From NCBI GenBank assembly GCA_002633005.1, contig NMRA01000018.1, positions 381,846 to 445,845 on the forward strand: a DNA stretch of 64,000 bases, in the 5' to 3' direction. Position 1 is the stretch's first letter. Every line of letters starts with the position of its first letter. Source of the DNA: Phoronis australis. Its lineage: Eukaryota > Animalia > Phoronida. The notes below the pieces were generated by a model. The model was not told the DNA's origin. It did not search any database and was given only the letters and a program-made list of their open reading frames with translations. Of this stretch, positions 36,201 through 50,000 are shown in pieces. A program made the position numbers and the translations under genes.

Positions 36201-38407
36201 ACATTTTACGGCGTAACGGAGCCCTAGCATTGTAAAAGCAAAAATGTTTTGTTACACGACCACTGACAGTCCTGTCATTTGATTGGTTACATAACGTGAT
36301 ACAGGTGATGTTATAAGGTGATGGGTGGGTGTGCAAACACCACTGTTCATTCTAGCCGCTTAAATGACAGGTGCCGCAATTCGTGAATGAAGGGACCAAT
36401 TCCAAGATGCACAAACCATAAACCTCTGACCGATCAAACGATGATAGTACATCAAACCAGATGCCAATCAGGAATGAAGCACCAGTGGTCGTATAATAAA
36501 ACATATGTCGTGGTTGCATAGAACTCGGGACAACAACGCTGCATTCCCTCGGTCTTCGTATAACCCAGCATCAACATCGGGGTCGATTCACATTTACCAA
36601 TCATGTTTGGGACGCTACATGTGCCCTTTACTTACGTCCGATACAAAAATAATGATGGTGTTGTCGTACATGTTTTTGCTCTTCAACGCCGAAGTCAAGT
36701 TGCCGACACTTTCATCTAAACTTGCAACCATTCCTGATAATACAGAACATGTTGGATTGATTTTTAGCCCGTGCATACATACATACAAACATACATAAAT
36801 ACATACAAACAAACATACATACATACATACATATAAATATACATACATACAAACAAAAATACATACATACAAACATACAAATACGTTCATACATACATAC
36901 ATACATACATATATACATACATACATACATACATACATAATACATTCATGCATGCATGAAAGACGGAGGCGGAAGCGAGAGAAACAGTGACGGCGGGTAG
37001 AAGGGCAAGGGATTGTGAATGTAACACACAGTATGGTTCAGACACTTGGGAGCTGCTCATTTAGCACAGGTTCATGACTTATCAACAGAGACTTCAAAAT
37101 CTTTGAACGAAATGTGTCATTTTCTACACAGAGAATATTGGAATTCTCTGCTATTTCTTTCCTAGTTAATTTCCGGCCAGGCATGTTGATGTAAAAATGG
37201 ACCTGAATGGACCCACCCCGCAAATGCATGGACAGTCGTCGGGAGGAAGAGCATACCAAGTGTTCACTGTATTTTGTCCACGAGAATGAGGACCACTAAC
37301 AGCGTGTATTGCAAGAACCGATGTAAGACCACAAGTATACACTTCCTCTCGGGTTTCAGTGTGTTACGTGTATCCCTCGCAAACTGTACTGTTGATCACG
37401 ACGAGTCATATGACAACTTAGTGATCTGCCGAAGCACTCGGGATGAGAACGCAATCCGTAAGTCCAGTGTTTGATTCATTTCTTCTATAGTATCAACTTA
37501 ACTGGATGACTGACAGTATATATCGTATCGTTCTGCTTGGTCATAAAATGACATCGCATAGGCGAACCCTCCCAACAAGGGCACAGCCGACTGTTTCCTC
37601 TTCCCGCTAATTGCATTTTACTTTTAATTCCAGAAATGTGTTGCCATTATCTATTGGACGCCAACATAGTGTGCAGGCAGCACGAGAAAATAGCCCCGGA
37701 AAGGGTATGTGCGTCCGTGAGAATAGATGGAACAGCATGCGCGATAAAAATATTGTGAGTGTACAGGCTCGCGCCGTGCACAGACAAAAGAGTCTGATTG
37801 CTTTGGAATGAGAAGTTTCATCCTTTGACAGACAGTGCTGCTGATCTTCCGCACTGGGAAAGAGTGTCCGTCTTGTTTTTGTGTACGGGTCCAACGTCCA
37901 CGTCAACTTACCGCAATACTTCCGTCGACCTGCATCTTGTATGCGCGCACATAAATTTTCATATTCGGCCGTCACCTAAAACAGAATCCGTCAACTCATA
38001 TTCAGTTTCGAATCACGAAAATGGACATATCTGAATTGAAATGTAGGCTTAATAGCCATTTCTGTGGTATCACCAATGTAACCGTGTATGTGTACACGAT
38101 GAATATACCACTACGGTATATGTGTATTCAATGCTCATTGAACTATCGATCAAGAATGACTGACACAGGCCTCAATGGGAGTGAATGCTTCGCCCTCGTT
38201 CAACCACTTTTGCATATCACGAATCTCGATATAATAACCACAAGTACGTTGTATAACCTTTATATATAAATATATTTATACCACAATATTAGCGTCAAAT
38301 GGCAGATACAACCGTGTAATAACCCCTCGGGCGATAATTCTCCAAAATCCACTCGGGCTCTATATAACGGGGGATAACAACTTCGCCATGTAATAATCTA
38401 TATATAT

Positions 38408-38486
<79 letters not shown>

Positions 38487-41044
38487 ATCACTATAATTTG
38501 GAAGTAATCTTTCTCGTATACATATTTCATTGAAGACACGACTTTGATCTGTTTTTACAAGTTTAAGTTCAGTTCTTTCAAACTCTCTAATTAGAAATCT
38601 TGTCTTTACATCACAACAGTGCAATAAAAGTCCAAACGACATCAGTAGGTAAAACAACTTAAAAAGCGATATTTCGAGACACATATCTCATCTTCAGGCT
38701 ACTATTTACAACTAGTTCACAGTGAAACGCACATCAGAAATGATAATAATGTAAGAGTTGTTAATCATAAATACAAGCTAGATGTAATTATTTATTACAA
38801 GAATATGAAGATCTCTAATTTATTGATGAGAAACAATATTAGTCGTGAGAAGGTCCACACTGTTGCTAGATGTAATGTTGTTTATGAGTTTACTTGTCCC
38901 GCGGTCGAGTGTTTTTGTCCGCATCAGAAACAAAATTCAGTACATTGGGCACACAGTATGTTTCTTGTCGTGACGACTTTCAATGGATTTACAAAACGGC
39001 TCCATAGAAGACCATTTTCAAAACGTTTAAGGTTGCAAGATAAATGCTTTTATCCCATACGCGTTGGATCTGTCGAGGGAAATACGGCCATGTAATAATG
39101 TTTTCCGTATTCACCCCCCGCACTACTTCAACAGTGACCTCTGACATTAAAGGTTCAATAGGTAGGTCAATGTCGACTCGACGTCGTTAGCCGGTTAGAT
39201 TATCCAACTTTCGGAAAATAGCTTAAAGTAATACAATTGTAGCAGTGTAAATACCACTAAACTTGCAACCAGGTTTCTGGAACAGGACAGTCACTGTTAA
39301 TTAAATGACAGTTCTGTCTCAGTTTTCAATTTCTATATATTATATCGTCTGCAACTCAGGCACCGATTCCTCGTGAATATTAAACATTGTTGTCACTGGC
39401 CATGACAGCACCCGATACTATCGGCGACAGTATTACACCACAGGCGTCCTCGGCTTCTGATCGTCCGCAATACACTACATATAATACTACAAGGTATGAC
39501 ACTCCCGACTAGAAATTCCACGGGTGCTTCACTTCAGCCGTCCATAGCAAACACAATACTCAATAAATTTACACAAAACAGGGGTTCAACAAACCATGAA
39601 GAATTGTTCTTTCTCCCAATACCATTCACGGTGTCCTGTTACGGCGACTTCGTAAGAAATTCGCAGTCAAAGAACAAAAATGTTCACAAAAAGCCCCCAC
39701 ACACGTCCACCCTGGGCCCGTCTAGGTCAAGGACGGTACGGAAATTGCCGGTGAGTTACGGAAGTAGCGACATCGTGACTTTACGCGACAAAGCGGCAAT
39801 TTCCGTACCGTCCTTGTCCTCGACGGGCCCAGGGAGGACGTGTGGGGGGGCTTTTTGTGAACATTTTTGTACTTTGACTGCGAATTTCTTACGAAGTCGC
39901 CGTAACAGGACACCGTGAATGGTATTGGGAGAAAGAATAATTCTTCATGTTTTGTTGAACCCCTGTTTTGTGTAAATTTATTGAGTTTTATGTTTGCTAT
40001 GGACGGCTGAAGTGAAGCACCCGTGGAATTTCTAGTCGGGAGTGTCATACCTTGTAGTATTATATGTAGTGTATTGGGGACGATCAGATGCTGAGGACGC
40101 CTGTGTATTACACGAGCAGCAACGACGACCGTCCAAGCAACACGTGAACCTATCCATGCCAGCCAGCTAGCTGTATCAACAGACTGTCTTATATTTAGTA
40201 TACAGCTTTGTACCAAGGCTACAGAGTCCGTAGAAATGCGGCAACGTACCTGCAATAACGCTACTACAACAGGCATATTCGACGGAGCTTTGGCACTTTT
40301 AACATCTTCGTGAAAACAGACGACGTGTAGGCTACGCGCTCCGGTTAATGACCTAGTTTCATGAATGAGTGCAGCCACCCGATGAGGATTTTACAATGTT
40401 ATAAATATTCTTGTTATTTATTTATTTTTCGAAATATGATACACGTTCAACGCACGATAACTTTCGTTTTCACACTTTTTATCAATTTCAAGTAATAAAC
40501 CGTTACATTTAAAACTGTTTTCTTTTACTATAGTAAGTTAGCAACATAACGCGAACGTACATACACAATAGGCTGTGATTCGCAACGTAAACAGTCAGGG
40601 TGAAGTATTTACAAAATGCCGAAAGAAAACAAAAGAAACTCACGAATTCGATGCGTATGGGATAAATACAATTCGGTGTCGGTCGATACGCGGAATAATG
40701 TCGAGTGGGATATTATTTCATGTACGCCACTCGTAGGCCTATATATGTGTGTTGCGCATGCCAACTTCACGTGTTATATTGCATTTGTCATTTATGATGG
40801 GAGTTTCAGTGTGAACTAGTTGTAAATAGTAGCCTGAAGATGAGATATGTGTCTCGAAATATCGCTTTTTAAATTATGTTTTTATTGCACTGTTGTGATG
40901 TAAAGACAAGATCTCTATTTAGAGAGTTTGAAAGAACTTGAAATTAAACTTGTAAAAACAGATCAAATTCGTGTCTTCAATGAGATATGAATACGAGAAA
41001 GATTACTGCCAAATTATAGTGACATACATACATACATACATACA

Positions 41045-41091
<47 letters not shown>

Positions 41092-44000
41092 CACTTTTTA
41101 CATTTTAGATGAACAATTAATTCTTACCTGTATCGGTTCATGTGGTGCCAAGTGCGCCATGTAAAGAAAGAGGGGCTTGCTGACATCATGGTTGTTGATA
41201 ACATCAACAGCTTTTTCCGACAGCAAGGTCTGAAAACCCAAACAAAGATACAATTCGTGAAAACGCGGATTAGCTGCAACAAAGTGTGTTTCGCGTTATT
41301 TCGTGTCGTACCATTATTATAATTCCGAGAACGAATTGAATCCCTTCTTTTGTTGGTCATGCTTCACTGCACAACGTCTGCAGGATTGATTGTTTGTGCT
41401 TTAAATGCAATTAAATATTAATATCCCAATTGTGGACTCGACAAAAACACTTGTTCACTGCGTCCATAAGAATTTTTAGTGGTTCTTGATGGGCGGTCTT
41501 TCCCTACAGTTGCCATGTAACTCACCTAACGCGTAAGTCCCGCTCGCCAGTTTAGTACACTTCGAGAGGAGTTTTTAGATTTGGTGCTAACAATTGAGAG
41601 TTGACGAGAGTTATACAGCAATATCACATTTCAGAAAACTAAATCGGAAAGTCGTTGTCATCTGTAAATAGACCAAACAAGGTTTGAGAGTGCTGTAAGT
41701 TCGGTCTTCTTACCGTAGCATATTTTCCGACCTGGTCCGTAACAGGAACTTTGTTATCGCGCAGATCCTTGTATCCAAAAATAGTATGTTGAAAGTAGTC
41801 CAGCCTGCCATTGTAGTTTCCATAGAACGAGTCAAACCCACGATATGTAGGCGTGCAGTTCCAGCTACACTGACCAAGATGCCATCTTTCAAAAAAATAT
41901 TAACTTAAAAGTTATCCTGACACTATACATTGGCTGCACTTGATTGACATCGCCTGCTCCGCCAGGTTAACAGGCTAAAACATCTGATTGGTTCCGGTGA
42001 AAACCTGCTGCTTACACCCTATGTGTCAGCCCGTTGACCCTGCGGAATCGGCGAAGTCAATGAAATGCAGCCAATCTTTCATTCCACTGTCTACACCGCA
42101 AAAGCTTTGGAATGACAGTGGCTGCTAATTATTTCTACTTGTTCAGTCGGTTCAATGGGCTAAGGCAGTAGATTGGTTTGTAGGTTCGATGACTTCATCG
42201 AGAACCAATCGACGCATGTTTTAACCAATCGACCTGGTGAACTGGCGGAGCTAGTGCAGCAAATGACAGATATACCGGGAACATTACAGTTCTCCATCAC
42301 TATACTAAACGAGGCGAGCGTGGTTGGGACCGTCGCCCGCTTGGTTTTCCTCGTTGAATTACACGGACATGCTTTTCCTTAGCTGTCACATGCATCATTT
42401 TCCTAAGGTTTCAATTTGAAAAAACGCAAAGTGTTTTTCCTTTCACTATGTGGAGTTGTTTCATTCATGCTCCAGCGGGTCTTCTGCCTAATTTGCGTTC
42501 TCACGATAAATATCTTTTTTATGTTTCTCAAATTTAGAACAGAGAAATAGTTTGATCAAACTAAACATGTCGCTAATAAATGAGTAGCTCAAAATCTTCA
42601 ACTCTGTATGTACTTGTTTTCCACAAACAAATAATTAAAAAACTAATCAATTTTGATGCGTCTCATTCGACTTCGGGGGCCATCTTATGGTTCATCATCG
42701 AAAAATTGACTTTGGAATTCTATAACTAAACTCTGTTTGTTTTGAAAACAAGTGACGTCATACTGAAAAAAGCATCATTTGGTAGTAAGTCTTAATTATT
42801 TTTTCTGATGTTTAAAGAGTGTCTTAAACACGGTGGTAATGATGTTTTCTTGAAAGCGTGACTTCTTTGACTTCCAGCTTACACAGGTGGCACTGATCAT
42901 AAACAGTTAGGCTGCGGCCGCGGCCAATTTGCACTGCCAAAATAATAAAATCTAGCAGTAGGCCAGGCTTAGGGGCATTTTTAGTTAGGTATTGCGTGTA
43001 GGCCAAGTGAATGTGGTTTGTTTGTATTTGTGAACATGTTGAGATTGATAACATTGCTGGGTAGCAACTGAGAAAGGTGGCAATTTCGGGTAGCCCCCAA
43101 ACAAGGAAGGGGTAAGGAAATTTGCTTTCGGAATCTAATGTTGGCTTTAATCGAGCATTGGTGGTTGTGGGGTGAAAAGTGCCGAGTTTGGGGGGGTTTT
43201 GCCCCTATTTTTCTTAGTCGAGCGGGGGTTTCAGTGGGAGTGAAGGGTCAAAAATACAAGAGAGAATAAAGTTTCTATGCTCACCTGTAGGGCTTGTGAT
43301 GTGAAATGATTCAAATCTTTCCTTTCTTTGCATTCAGGTTTTGACATAGTGAAGAAAGGGTGAAGCGTCCATTAACAGGTGTTCTGATATGCAAACACCT
43401 GTGAGAACTGTTCTGTGCCCCCACAAGATACCGGAAGAAAAGGTAGAAATGATTGAGGGTGGACATAGTTCGACAACTCAGAAACCCTGTTTGCACCTCC
43501 AAATTTCGCTCCTGACGTTACAAATGATTAAGATCACATGACCCTCTCCCCCTCTTTAATTCCTGCAGTCATACACACTGTCAAAACTCATATACAATTA
43601 CTCTAAATATGATTTAAAAATCTGTAAGGTGGCGCTGTCCTCTTACTTGCCGACCAAATGCGTCGCGTAGTTGAGGTCCTTCATATACTCAGGCAACATC
43701 TTTAGTTCCAGCGGCACGCAGTGAGGCCTGTCGGGCAGGATAACGGCGTGTTGCTGGCCTGTTCTAAACGCATACAAACCCGTCATATAGGCTGTTCGAG
43801 ACCTTGAAAACAATTAATGGCCTTTATGCAGTATATTCCTCCATAACTCATATGCTAAATAATGATTCCCTTATGGGAGAGGTTTGGCATTGGAGGAGTT
43901 GGTAGGAACATGCCGTCGACTTGAGTGGGTGTTTTGCAATCACCTCGAGTGGATATTTTGCCGTTTGAGGTATTGACTCGGGTGTTTTTCTTCAATGACG

Positions 44001-47000
44001 GACTAGCATATTTTGTTCTCTTCTAGGATCGCTGTCGCCATTTTCACCTCTCCATGGGCTGTGGTTCTTTGTTACTGTTCTCTGGTATACCACCATGTAC
44101 GCATTAGGCGCACGGGGGGGGGGGGGGNGGGGGGGTGAAACTATCCTACACCTAGTACGTTGCGGCAATGCTACATCATATGCCACCTTCCCCCTCTCTC
44201 CCAAACAGTCAAGTTACGCCTTTGCCTATAACCGATTATGCGAATGATATTCGATGAGAACTTGTCAGCTTAGTTAATAAAGACTTTCATTGTTCAACGA
44301 CGTTTTCCCGTTGTCTTTTTAGGCATCAAAATAATGAGTGCATTTTAGAAGCGCAAATTCAGTTACGTGCTGTTCGTGGCCGCGATAAATATTCGGTTGT
44401 TTAATCTGACATCATTCTGACGTTTTGGACTCAGTGAAATATAATTTAAGTGCCAAAATTAAAAACAATACCAATAATAAGGCCAGTTTTACGTGGCACT
44501 GGAACTTACAAAGCAATGCGAAAATTATTATATGATTATGGACCTGGACAATCTAATACTTCTGAACTGCAGGATAAGCCAACATAATTTTGTAAAAATT
44601 TTCAAATGCTAAATTGTCCTCGTGGTTACCTGAATCGGAAACAATTTAAAACCTACAAAATATTTTAAAATATGATGTGCCTGTGAGTTTCTATTCCAAT
44701 ATGTAGGTCCAAATCGTGTCTTATTCGTGGCAGATACTCGCCATCGCTGAACATCCCAGTATGTGTTTTCTTTTCCGTTGGCGAGAGGAAAACATAACTG
44801 CCGCACACATAGTGGAATCCACGCCATCAAAATGTTGATAAATGCATGGACTACTTAGCCAAACATTTCAGTTTAAAACAGCACTTACAGGAGATAAATG
44901 GTCATCAGCCACGCTGGTGTAGAACAAACTGACATAAGAAATAACTACAAGGACACTCAAAATAGGCTAGCAGAATTTGTAAACAAAGGCTTGGACTAAT
45001 CAGATCATTCGGAGCCTGCCACGTGACCTCTTCTCTATTGAACTGCAAAACTAGAGTCGGTCAAAATAAGACTTTTTAACAAAAATAAAACATGAAAGAT
45101 GTCAAAACAAATTGGAATGCATCAACGGCAACTTAAAACACATTTGCAGTAACGAAAATAGCCCTTTGTATCCCGTTTCGGCGGCACGTGGAAAATCGAC
45201 TCGAGCCTAGCAGCCAACTTGGCAACTGCACCGGCACGGGCTTGCACGTGGGATCAAACAAAAGAATTTCATACATCACTCACATCCCACGATTCCAATG
45301 CAACGGTTGAATTTCCTTTCAGAGAGCGTTTTTTTCTTGTGTTTCATCGTTTTCAGGTGGTTCTCCGCGATTTGGCCATGCACGCCGCAATTGTCCCTCT
45401 GTCAACGTTTACAGAGCGCAAACCCAGACCTTTGTTGTTTGCGAACACATTGACCGTTTCTTTTATCCTATTTTTCCACGAAATATTCTATCTACTCCAA
45501 GCTCCACGCATTTTTGGCCGCACAATCGCACTATTTGTCACCGTAATTAATACCATATGAGACGCCAATGATGAACCACGCAATCCCAGGTGCCCCGGCA
45601 ATTACGATTTTTGTTTCGCCAAAACATAAAGAGCAGTTTCCGCTTTTAGAGTCGTAGGCAACGCCGCGGTTAGAAACCAATATACGGCGAAAATTTCATG
45701 GCAAATCCAATTTTTCAGCGGAAATATAACAAAAAGGCGCGGAGGGAATAAGAGAAAAAAGCGGAAATCCGCGTTTACACGGAAAATTCCAAAACTCCAG
45801 TCATTTACATATCGACCTGAAAGTTTTGAAAATTAACTTGAGGATAAACAATAAGTCCGTACTAAAGCATATACAAGGAAGATGGTAATTGAAATGACCC
45901 ACTATCCCAGAAGAGAAAGTAAAAACCAGTGCAAATCCCCCAATGAATGCTGTTCTGGATATTTAAAAATCGGCAACATACTTTTTACTCGTGACGTGGA
46001 AGAGAAATTCCAACCATTCATGACTCTTGGAAGGGAAAAAGGATGCCTTCCGTAGAGTGAGATACGCAAGACCACATAAAATCAGGGAAGATCGCCACAA
46101 AAGGCGATTTTTTCTCGGAAAGGCTTGAGAACTTGCTAAGCGTAAACTGGTGAAGTGGCCACCATTGAAGTGAGGTTGTGAAAGGAGAAGGCAACCTGTT
46201 CGGTGATTATCCCATGCATGTTTTTCGGTTAATAACGGCTTCCCGTAACTTTATTAAATGGCTGTGTCTTAATCCAGAAGTGATGTTTAGGGATTAAGAA
46301 TTTCTCGCCAATTTGTTTTCGTATAGTGTGATTGAGTGAGCTGTCGAGTCAGTCGATATTTTACCTAGTTAAATCAGTTTATGGCCACAGTAAGATTAAA
46401 AATCGGACGATCCCAGCACAGATAAAAAAGTTCATGTTCATGCGGCGATCGTCCGGTTTTTAATCTTATTTTACCTAGGTTGTGATAAGCCAGGTCGTCG
46501 TTTGCGCTTGTTTACGAGTCAGTCAACATTCCACACGGGTGCTTCGTACCGGGTGTACTCATTAATCGTCTCACAATCACTTTGAGTACGCCAGTAAATG
46601 GCTTTCCAAAAGATGACACTCCGCGGTACTTGGCTCTTTGGTACGTGTGAAGAACGCTGTTTTGCCCTTCCACGCAACTTACAAAGCAGTGGAGAATTAT
46701 CGAGAGAGTGGCACGCATTTTATGCTGTCGGATTACAGAAGAGATACATGTATGAACAAGGAATTGATGAAAGTTCCTACAAAACAACGCCTGAAGAAGA
46801 GTGCATACTGTCGCCGTTGATTCCCGGCAGTGCCCCACCGCCACACCCGAGAAGTGCATTTTTGAAGCGAGAAGCCTCGCGACTAAAGCTTTCTCTTCTA
46901 GAGTGACTGTAGGCCTTTCATCTACTGTCATCCGTTGCTCCGACCGTACCCCAGAGCATGAAAGTCCGGGAACTAACAGTGATTCGCCCCTAGCCTAGAA

Positions 47001-50000
47001 CCTGTGAGCAGTCTTGCGCACCCAGCGGGGGGGGCGGGGCGGTCTCTATGAAACAGAAAGTCCGAGCAAACGAGACAAAAATCCACAGGCATTCGGCGCA
47101 GATGAACGGGCTATTCGGAAAATTAACATTAACTAGAGGGCGCGCGTGTAATAGTAGTGATAGGTTAGCAGCCTCGATTTCGCGAGCCCTTTAAATACAT
47201 GGAAAAATGGCTTGCAGCAGTGCCAACTTAATCTGAGATTGCGTGAAAAGGGTGCTTCTATGAAAGGAAGTAAGCTCGCCCTTATACAAAGGTAAGGTTT
47301 GTGATTATTTTAACGATTATTCCATGTTTATTCTACCGGTGCCTGTTAACTGAGGTAGGCCTACTTGCCGATGTCGACTTCGTGGCAGTCGCCAGTCGGG
47401 TTAATCTTTGTTTGTTGTGATGTGTGTTACGATACTTGAGGAAGCACTCGGGATCTTTTCGTACATAAAAGCAGTATTATTGTTTGCAATGATTTCTAAC
47501 AGGTTTATCAGTGACAGTTACATCAATCAATGCTGAATGTTTATGCTATCAACTCGATATTGATTGGTGAGTTACGATTACAATCCTAGTCCAGTGGCAA
47601 AGGGTACGTGACAATTATCCATTACTAGACTATTTGTTTACTCCATATCTATGGGCAGCGAAAAGGTTCAAAATAGACACCAGCGCCAAATAAACAAGTG
47701 CTTTGACAAACAGACAAGTGGTTTGCTAAACAGACAAGTGATTTGTTTATTCAGAATTATACTTGGATACCATGAGGATATCAAAAGAGGGGATCACAAT
47801 GCACCAAATCAAAAATGCGTTCCAAAATGAAAAAGCACACTTACCCTTTAAAGTTAAAGCTGACGTAACCTCCTCAGGCTAGACGGACGTGAATTTGAAG
47901 TGCAAAAGAGCACGAACTTTAGCCGTAAAATTACAAAAGTGTCGCTTGGTTATGTGGCGGCGTATTTTATAGTCCGCGGCAAATTATCAGAAATTTTTAG
48001 CAGCCGGTTTTGAGGTCCCTTCCCCCAAAAATACTAATCGTTGCTTCCCCGCAGTTTTGTAACTGTGGGTAGAGGTCTGGCCTCGAAATCGTATTTAAAA
48101 GATGAGATCCTTACAAATAAACTATGTCAAGTGTTGGCAATTAATCATGCAAGGAGCTGAAAACCATGTGACAGATATTTCAGTCCCACCGTCAACAACG
48201 AGACTCGTTAGGTTATGATAATTTCATATGAAACAAAATCATCCAATGTCTGTGCCGGTATATTGCCACAGCATTGAATCTGATTGTTGTAATTTTGACA
48301 ACAGTGACCCTCAGTATATGTATGTAATGCAGAAATGATTACCGAATACGCTTGCGAATTGTCATTTTCCTGTTGACCTATAGAAATGTGCAGCGATCAA
48401 AATGAAGTATTCCCTTTGTTTGCATTTGATTTGTATGTGTGTGTAACTATTTTTAGAGCTTTCTTAAGAGCGCCTTTGAACAATGTTAAGTTTTGTGTTA
48501 ACTTGTATATAAACAAAAGTTCCACATGCAAGAAAAGTATGTTTTCAATTGTAGCTAGCTGGATAAGAATCTGCTATGCACAAGAATCGAGAATAAAAAA
48601 TTATCAGTGTATTTAAAAACAAAATGGCAAACTGAACAACCACATACATCCAAAAAGCAACATTGTTAAAAAGAATTTTAATTTTCCGAATGCAACGTAG
48701 TCCATAATCAGGCATATTAAGGGCTGACTTTCTGAATTAGGTTCAATTCTCTCAGGTTATTGCTGAAGGATTGCTTTTCACTTTATACAAAGGTAAAACA
48801 GACAGCCAGGCGGCTGGTTTCAGTCGTTTTCTCTCACCTGTAACAGAATAGTCAGAGAAATATTAGCAAAGTATAAAAAACAAGACAAACTACTTTTGTA
48901 AGGCAGAACATACTTGACGTTTCATCTTGTTCATGTTTATATGTAGAAACTAACAATCTTTGTATCCGAGTCTTATTTAAGATCTGAATTAAAATATGTG
49001 GAACAGGCTAAAAGTGATTTAACAATGTGTATTATTCATGACACCTAAAATGTACTTCTGATCTCAACGAGTAAAATTCATTCTAGGTGTCAATTTTTAT
49101 TCCAATGCAATGTCACAACATTTACCGAATAGCGTATTCGTGTTAATTCGGTAACTAATGTGGTAGTCCTGGGGGTGGGGTCCGCTATATAATAAGGAAA
49201 TTCATTCATCTAGAGAATTTTATTGGACATAGCACAGTTTTGAAGAGAAACTGCAGTGAAAAAGTCACCCTTGACTTCTGAGCGTCACGTGTCATACACC
49301 TATTATGCTGGGCGCATTCCCACCCAGGACAATTTGGTATTATGTGAATATGTGCTGCTAGCCTACCTGGCATTCTAGTCCCGGTTGAGTTTCCGAAAAA
49401 AAAAACGCTTAGTTTCGATCAATAAACCCGTTATTCTGTGGGGTAACTGGTTTGGATAACATCACCGAACGATGTCGATAGAAACTGGTTGCTAAAACTT
49501 ACCAAGTGACGTTACAGTATAAAGACTCCCAATGCCATGGAAATGCAAAGAGCACACACCGGGCTTCGGCATCCACACACTTTTTGTCAGTTGGTTGACC
49601 ATTTTGACCGCAATTCTCAACGAATGTAGTAACCTTAGGTCTTTTGGGAATTTGTGACCACCTGTCGAAGACTTGCACTCGGGAAAATAGCAATAATAAG
49701 GCTTAGCGCGACGACGTATTTTGATAACAATTCCGTCTTTTACCAGCTGTTCACATGCAGACAGCGACGCATGCGCAATTCAGTCACCACTAGTACAGCA
49801 GCGACAAAGTGAGGAGAATTCTTCGAATAGCCCCATTCGTAGGCCTGGACATAGTCGCCCCGTTTTTTTAGTCCTAGTTGATTTTTTTCAGTAAAAAGGT
49901 CCGCACACCGACGAACCCCCTGTATTTTAGGCTGAGTGCGAGGATGGGCTGGTGAGGCGGGTGAGCCAAACTTTGATAAGTTTACTGTGGACTTGACTAA

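Larger units (their letters stand above)
38488..41021 (+). mobile_element. Penelope-like (Neptune-type) retroelement, truncated, with inverted terminal repeats (38488-38728 on -, 40803-41021 on +)
   Basis: The ~220-240-bp arms are inverted copies. Each carries a hammerhead motif and encodes LIREFERTELKLVKTDQSRVFNEICIRERLLPNYS-like sequence running into a microsatellite. A GIY-YIG remnant NVVYEFTCP...YIGHT...RLSMDLQNGSIEDHF lies at 38805-39020. Confidence 0.8.

Noticed and set aside
36615-36953. ORFs rich in YVCM repeats (also the CV and HI repeats at 4700-5048 and 38295-38684)
   Set aside because: Microsatellite translations; only 36636-36733 is a real exon.
39496-40378. 140-aa and 218-aa ORFs sharing the same peptide
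   Set aside because: They are mirror translations of the foldback MITE arms.
44114-44135. Poly-G tract as a G-quadruplex element
   Set aside because: Contains an N, so its length and sequence are unreliable.
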